From positions 1 through 41,551 of the forward strand of contig JAZKAB010000001.1 in the NCBI GenBank assembly GCA_040389365.1: a stretch of 41,551 bases of DNA. Reading direction: 5' to 3'. The translations under genes and the position numbers were made by a program. Source of the DNA: Patescibacteria group bacterium. GTDB taxonomy: Bacteria > Patescibacteriota > Minisyncoccia > Phycocordibacterales > UBA9973. Below, in pieces: positions 37,217 through 41,551 of the stretch. A model generated the notes under the pieces. The model was not told the DNA's origin, made no database searches, and saw nothing but the letters and a program-made list of their open reading frames with translations. Every line of letters begins with the position of its first letter. Positions within the stretch are counted from its first letter, which is position 1.

Positions 37217-38434
37217 ATGATATCTACCACGCCACGGACCAATATTGTCATTATCGGAGGCGGATTTGCCGGCATAGAGGCAGCCAGGCTGCTGGCTAAA
37301 AAGGGCTTGTCCCTCAGTATCACGCTGGTTTCTAAAAACACCTGCTTTCAGTATTACCCAAGCCTGTACCGATTGGTGGTAGGGGCAACGGTCAATCAGG
37401 TTTCTATTCCTCTTAGCAGGATTTTTTCCAAGGGAGTAACTGTCGTAATCGACACGTATAAGGGCTTAGATACAGAGAAAAAGACCGTACAGCTTGAAAG
37501 CGGCCGTGAGCTTCCATACGACTATGTCGTTATGGCACTGGGCAGCGAGCCAAACTATTTTGGCATCAATGGCATGGAGGCGCATTCAATGAGCTTTCTC
37601 TCTATTGATAAGGCAATTGCATTGCGAAAGCATTTCTCAGACACTATTGCAGCAAGCAAGATGCTTGCCCCTGAAGCTGCAAAGCAGCAGCTGCGCACCA
37701 TCATTGTTGGCGCTGGTCCTTCAGGCGTTGAGCTTGCAGGCGCATTGCGCCCATTCCTTGCTGGTCTTGCACGAAACGCTGGCGTTAACCCTGGCCTGAT
37801 CACTGTTGACCTGCTTGATTCAGGTCCTCGCATTTTGCCCGCTATTCCGGAGCGAGCATCAAAGCTGGTAACAGACCAGCTCAAGAAGCAGGGTGTTACT
37901 ATATATTCAAACTATGGCGTGAATGCATGCGAAGAAGGCTGCGTGATCGCTGCCGACAAGTCGCAGTCAGGAGATGCTGCGTCAGACGTGCACATGCATG
38001 CAGGCACTGTCGTGTGGACTGCAGGGACGAAGATCAGCAGCGCGTTCGCTACAATCCCTGGCGCTACCTTCACTGATCGCAAGCGCGTAGAAGTGACTGA
38101 AACATTGACGCTGCCAAGCGACGATACTCTATATGTTATTGGTGACGGCTCAGGCACGCCATACAGCGGCTTGGCGCAGACTGCAATCGATCAGGGTGCT
38201 TATGTGGCTGGCGCTATCGAGTCTCGCATCAAGGGGCAGGCAGTTGTTGCATACGTCCCAAAGCCAGGGGTGTTTGTTATTCCGGTGGGGAAAGGCTGGG
38301 CAATTTTAAATAAGAAAGAATTCGTGGTCAGCGGCATGGCAGCATGGCTGATTCGCATTTTGGTTGATGCAAAGTATTTTATGAGCATTACGTCATTTTG
38401 GTATTTATTCAAGATGATCAAGAGAGACAAATAG
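37217..38434 (+). CDS. ndh: Type II NADH dehydrogenase-like FAD oxidoreductase
   Basis: IIGGGFAG, YDYVVMALGS, VGAGPSGVELAG, VVWTAG, YVIGD, AQTAIDQG. Confidence 0.8.
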   Translation: MISTTPRTNIVIIGGGFAGIEAARLLAKKGLSLSITLVSKNTCFQYYPSLYRLVVGATVNQVSIPLSRIFSKGVTVVIDTYKGLDTEKKTVQLESGRELPYDYVVMALGSEPNYFGINGMEAHSMSFLSIDKAIALRKHFSDTIAASKMLAPEAAKQQLRTIIVGAGPSGVELAGALRPFLAGLARNAGVNPGLITVDLLDSGPRILPAIPERASKLVTDQLKKQGVTIYSNYGVNACEEGCVIAADKSQSGDAASDVHMHAGTVVWTAGTKISSAFATIPGATFTDRKRVEVTETLTLPSDDTLYVIGDGSGTPYSGLAQTAIDQGAYVAGAIESRIKGQAVVAYVPKPGVFVIPVGKGWAILNKKEFVVSGMAAWLIRILVDAKYFMSITSFWYLFKMIKRDK

Positions 38435-38435
38435 C

Positions 38436-39194
38436 ATGAAAACTGACTGGAACAACATAGCGCAATGGTATGACAACTATCTTGTTGGAGAAGATACGTA
38501 TCAGGCACAGGTAATCGCTCCCAATCTGCTTCGCCTTATCGCTCCGCAGAAAGGCCAGCGCATTTTAGACGTTGCTTGTGGGCAGGGGTACTTTTCGCGC
38601 ATGTGCGCAGAAAAGGGCGCAGATATTGTAGGCATTGATCAGTCTGCAGTGCTAGTTGAAAAGGCCAAGGCCCAGGCTTCTGGAAAGGAATTCTACATTG
38701 TCGGCAATGCAGAGACGCTTGATGCATACAAGCTTGAAGCCTGCGATACGGTGTTTTCAGTATTGGCGCTTGAGAATATCAAGAATATTCCTGCTGTTAT
38801 GGAGGGTATTCAGCAGCTGGTGAAGGAAGGCGGAAAGGTTATCTTTGTTCTGCTGCACCCGGCCTTTCGCATTCCGCAGCACAGCGACTGGGGCTTTGAC
38901 AGCAAGAAGACAGTGCAATACAGAAAAGTTGAAAAATACTTGTCAGAAGTGAGTATTCCCATTGAGCTTGCGCCGTTCAAGGGCTCAAAGGAAACCAAGA
39001 AGGTAACGACAGTGACTTTTCATCGGTCATTGCAATGGTACATGAAGGCATTTCGCAATGCAGGCTTTGCCATTACGAATATCGAAGAATGGAATTCGCA
39101 CAAGACTTCTCAGCCAGGACCTCGACAGCACGCTGAAGACGCGGCTCGAAAGGAGATTCCGATGTTTATGGCACTTGAGCTTAAGAAGCTGTAG
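38436..39194 (+). CDS. Class I SAM-dependent methyltransferase
   Basis: ILDVACGQG motif I, GIDQS, HPAF, FHRSL. Confidence 0.85.
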   Translation: MKTDWNNIAQWYDNYLVGEDTYQAQVIAPNLLRLIAPQKGQRILDVACGQGYFSRMCAEKGADIVGIDQSAVLVEKAKAQASGKEFYIVGNAETLDAYKLEACDTVFSVLALENIKNIPAVMEGIQQLVKEGGKVIFVLLHPAFRIPQHSDWGFDSKKTVQYRKVEKYLSEVSIPIELAPFKGSKETKKVTTVTFHRSLQWYMKAFRNAGFAITNIEEWNSHKTSQPGPRQHAEDAARKEIPMFMALELKKL

Positions 39195-39206
39195 TTTTTA
39201 TCTTCT

Positions 39207-39758
39207 TCAGTATTTTTGGAATTGCCTTAAAGTCCTCAAGAGCTGTGCTCGCAATCCTCCGTTATACAACGCGGCGGCAGGATGATAGAGGGGGAGAAAA
39301 TATGATGTCGACATGCCTTCAATATGCTTTTGCAATAGCTTTCCGTGCACTGCAGAAATCTTTTTTTCAGGAAAGAAGTTGCTCATGGCATGTCGTCCAA
39401 GAAATACGACAAGCTTCGGCTTGATGGCCTGAAGCTCTTCTTCAAGCCATGGTCTGCATGCAGCTTTCTCTGAAGGAAGCGGGTCGCGATTGTTTGGCGG
39501 TCGATACTTTACGACATTGGTTATATAAATATCTTCGCGATTCATATTGATGCTCGCAAGCATTTCTGAGAGAAATTTGCCGGCCGCGCCAATGAAGGGC
39601 GTACCCTCCATGTCTTCTTTCTTGCCAGGCGCCTCTCCGATAAATACCACCTCTGCATGAGGATTGCCGTTTCCCGGCACGGCCTGCGTTGCGGTATTTT
39701 TCAGCTCGCAGGCGCAGTGCTCAATCCAGTATGCGTGAATGTCTGGTAGAGATTTCAT
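39207..39758 (-). CDS. udg: Uracil-DNA glycosylase, family 4; probable frameshift near the C-terminus
   Basis: FIGEAPG, PFIGAAG, ITNVVKYRPPNNRDP, LGRHA, YHPAAALY. Confidence 0.88.
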   Translation of the reverse strand: MKSLPDIHAYWIEHCACELKNTATQAVPGNGNPHAEVVFIGEAPGKKEDMEGTPFIGAAGKFLSEMLASINMNREDIYITNVVKYRPPNNRDPLPSEKAACRPWLEEELQAIKPKLVVFLGRHAMSNFFPEKKISAVHGKLLQKHIEGMSTSYFLPLYHPAAALYNGGLRAQLLRTLRQFQKY

Positions 39759-39781
39759 ATAAAATATGATAGCATGGCTAT

Positions 39782-40090
39782 ATGGGAATCAAATCATTTT
39801 TACTAAAAAAGACCTTGCAAATGAAAGGTGTTTCAAGCGATCAGGCAGAAACAATTGCCAAGGCAATTGAAGAGAATCCTGAAATGGCCAAGAGCCTGAA
39901 GGCATTGGAAGACAACAAGGAAGTGAAGGACTTGCTGGAAAAGATCCAGAAAGAAATCGAGGAAAAGAAGAAGGCTGGCATGCCGGAAGCATATGCCGCA
40001 GTGCAGGTGATGGGGAAATACAAGGCAGAGATTGCCAAGTATCGAAACGAGCTGGCACCCCTCATGCAGCTGATGAATCTAGGGAAATAA
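39782..40090 (+). CDS. Hypothetical helical protein
   Basis: 102-aa Lys/Glu-rich ORF with a -10 box and a terminator. Confidence 0.7.
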   Translation: MGIKSFLLKKTLQMKGVSSDQAETIAKAIEENPEMAKSLKALEDNKEVKDLLEKIQKEIEEKKKAGMPEAYAAVQVMGKYKAEIAKYRNELAPLMQLMNLGK

Positions 40091-40093
40091 AAA

Positions 40094-40124
40094 AAAAGCG
40101 CTCAGATATATTCTGAGCGCTTTT
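40094..40124. terminator. Bidirectional intrinsic terminator
   Basis: AAAAGCGCTCAGA-TATAT-TCTGAGCGCTTTT. Confidence 0.85.
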
Positions 40125-40130
40125 GCGTTC

Positions 40131-40439
40131 TTACTTAAAAACAAAGTTATGCAGCATGGTAGCGTCAGCATCGGTAAGCTGCTCATACGATATGGTTTGA
40201 ATTGATGCAGGAGTATCTATAAAACTGTACCGTATACCATCAGGCATAGCGAGCTCTATTTTGTTATCGTACATCTTATAGATAAAGCATCCAAAAGGCG
40301 CCTGTGTATGGGGGAAATAGTCTTTTATATTTACCCCTAAGCCTTTGTCGCTCATAACATGATCGTAGGATCCGTTCATGTTTGCTATCCATTTTGAAAT
40401 TTTGGCCTTGGCTTCTGCTATTTTTGTTTCTTTTGTCAT
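40131..40439 (-). CDS. Hypothetical protein (AT-rich)
   Basis: 102-aa ORF ending at the terminator; TGG-TAATAT upstream. Confidence 0.6.
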   Translation of the reverse strand: MTKETKIAEAKAKISKWIANMNGSYDHVMSDKGLGVNIKDYFPHTQAPFGCFIYKMYDNKIELAMPDGIRYSFIDTPASIQTISYEQLTDADATMLHNFVFK

Positions 40440-40515
40440 GGCGTATTTTTAACCCATATTACCACACTACTTGACTTTTTCAAAAAATAATGCAAAATGA
40501 AGCAAATTTCTTATT

Positions 40516-40728
40516 ATGTTAGATACTCGAGAATATGACCGTCTGAAGAATATAGCTGACGATTTTGCCCTAGGCTTTGCAAACAATACGTTGAAGTTTA
40601 GCAACAGCAGCCATTTGCAGCAGGCAAAGCAGAAGTATGGGTATGCGCTGGCTGAGGCTGAAAAGCTTAATGATGCAGAGAAAATTGCTGCAATGAAAGA
40701 TGCTATTTATTTCTTTGATACGGCATAG
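40516..40728 (+). CDS. Hypothetical small protein
   Basis: 70-aa ORF followed immediately by a terminator palindrome. Confidence 0.55.
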   Translation: MLDTREYDRLKNIADDFALGFANNTLKFSNSSHLQQAKQKYGYALAEAEKLNDAEKIAAMKDAIYFFDTA

Positions 40729-40729
40729 G

Positions 40730-40755
40730 AAAAGACCTGAATATTCAGGTCTTTT
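40730..40755 (+). terminator. Perfect 26-bp palindrome, likely terminator
   Basis: AAAAGACCTGAATATTCAGGTCTTTT. Confidence 0.75.
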
Positions 40756-40804
40756 ATATTTTCTCGCCTTTTTATTTTTCATATTTCTGCTACTATGAAA
40801 GCCT

Positions 40805-41551
40805 ATGTCACTATCCATCGGAATCGTCGGCCTGCCAAACGTCGGCAAGTCAACACTATTTAACGCATTAACAAAAAAAGGAGTTCCTGCAGAAAACTAC
40901 CCATTCTGCACTATCGACCCGTCAGTCGGCATCGTTGCTGTTCCTGATGCTCGCTTGCAGCAGCTGAGCGAATTCTCAAAGTCAGCCAAGACTATTCCCG
41001 GAGCTATTGAATTCGTTGATATTGCAGGATTGGTAGAGGGCGCGTCAAAGGGCGAAGGGCTTGGAAACAAGTTTCTGGCAAACATTCGCGAGACTGACGC
41101 TATCCTGGAAATGGTGCGACTCTTTCCTATAGTTGGCGGCGGAAAAGAAATTGCCCACGTATACGGTACCGTTGACCCGCTTCGCGATATTTCAGTTATC
41201 AACCTTGAGCTTATCTTGGCTGACTTTGAAACGGTGGCAAAGCGCCGCTCAAACTTGCAGCGTGACGTGAAGAAGGGTGACAAGATTGCGCTGGTTGAAG
41301 ACGCAGCGCTTGCGCGCATTGAAGTTGCGCTCGAAGCAGGAAAGCTTGCCAATACGGTTGATCTTATCGAAGAAGAAGTCAAGATCGTCAAGCAGCTTAA
41401 CCTGCTTACAACAAAGAAATTTTTATACGGCCTAAACAAGCGCAGCGGCGCGGCTAACCTGGACGAAAGCGATCCGGTAAAGTTTGCCGAGCTTACCGCA
41501 ACTATTATGGAAAGCGGCGCGCAGTACGTATTGCTTGATGCCAAGATTGAA
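40805..41551 (+). CDS. ychF: Ribosome-binding ATPase YchF (partial, runs off the window)
   Basis: Not in the ORF track. Reads MSLSIGIVGLPNVGKSTLFNALT…ENYPFCTIDP…FVDIAGLVEGASKGEGLGNKFLANIRE. Confidence 0.95.
   Translation, partial: MSLSIGIVGLPNVGKSTLFNALTKKGVPAENYPFCTIDPSVGIVAVPDARLQQLSEFSKSAKTIPGAIEFVDIAGLVEGASKGEGLGNKFLANIRETDAILEMVRLFPIVGGGKEIAHVYGTVDPLRDISVINLELILADFETVAKRRSNLQRDVKKGDKIALVEDAALARIEVALEAGKLANTVDLIEEEVKIVKQLNLLTTKKFLYGLNKRSGAANLDESDPVKFAELTATIMESGAQYVLLDAKIE

Noticed and set aside
40897-41544. 215-aa minus-strand ORF, and many other antisense or nested ORFs (e.g. 29015-29623, 34572-35237, 31149-31793)
   Set aside because: Shadows of well-supported genes on the opposite strand (ychF, pspC, LTD protein and others) with no motifs of their own.

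Overview
Gene-dense bacterial window (genetic code 11). The gene content suggests Patescibacteria/CPR (Parcubacteria-like); this is an inference from a short IF2 without its N-terminal domain, DUF4446, a stand-alone VirD4/TrwB-like ATPase, a PIF1-like helicase, an ECF sigma with a DUF5667-type partner, and surface proteins with a peptidoglycan-binding tail. The backbone is housekeeping and stress genes (infB, rbfA, iscS-like, clpB, rlmB, gltX, engB, pseudouridine synthase, padR-pspC, ndh, udg, partial ychF) plus seven tRNA genes. Unusual points: (1) bases ~33-1035 are a second, diverged (~70% aa) copy of infB(3')-rbfA-tRNA-Cys-tRNA-Leu, joined tail-to-tail to the resident copy across a 43-bp palindrome; (2) resident infB has an in-frame TAA just before domain IV; (3) tRNA-Tyr is followed by a perfect 56-bp palindrome and an AT-rich, integrase-free accessory region, in which a ~1160-aa surface esterase gene sits between 31-bp direct repeats and a second long hairpin with the same outer arms; (4) about 18 genes have a -10 box only 6-8 nt before ATG, which points to pervasive leaderless mRNAs; (5) the MsrA homolog has no cysteine. 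No CRISPR array, integrase, transposase, reverse transcriptase or rRNA was recognised. A few probable single-base errors mean assembly artefacts must be excluded first. All product calls come from motif recognition, not database searches.
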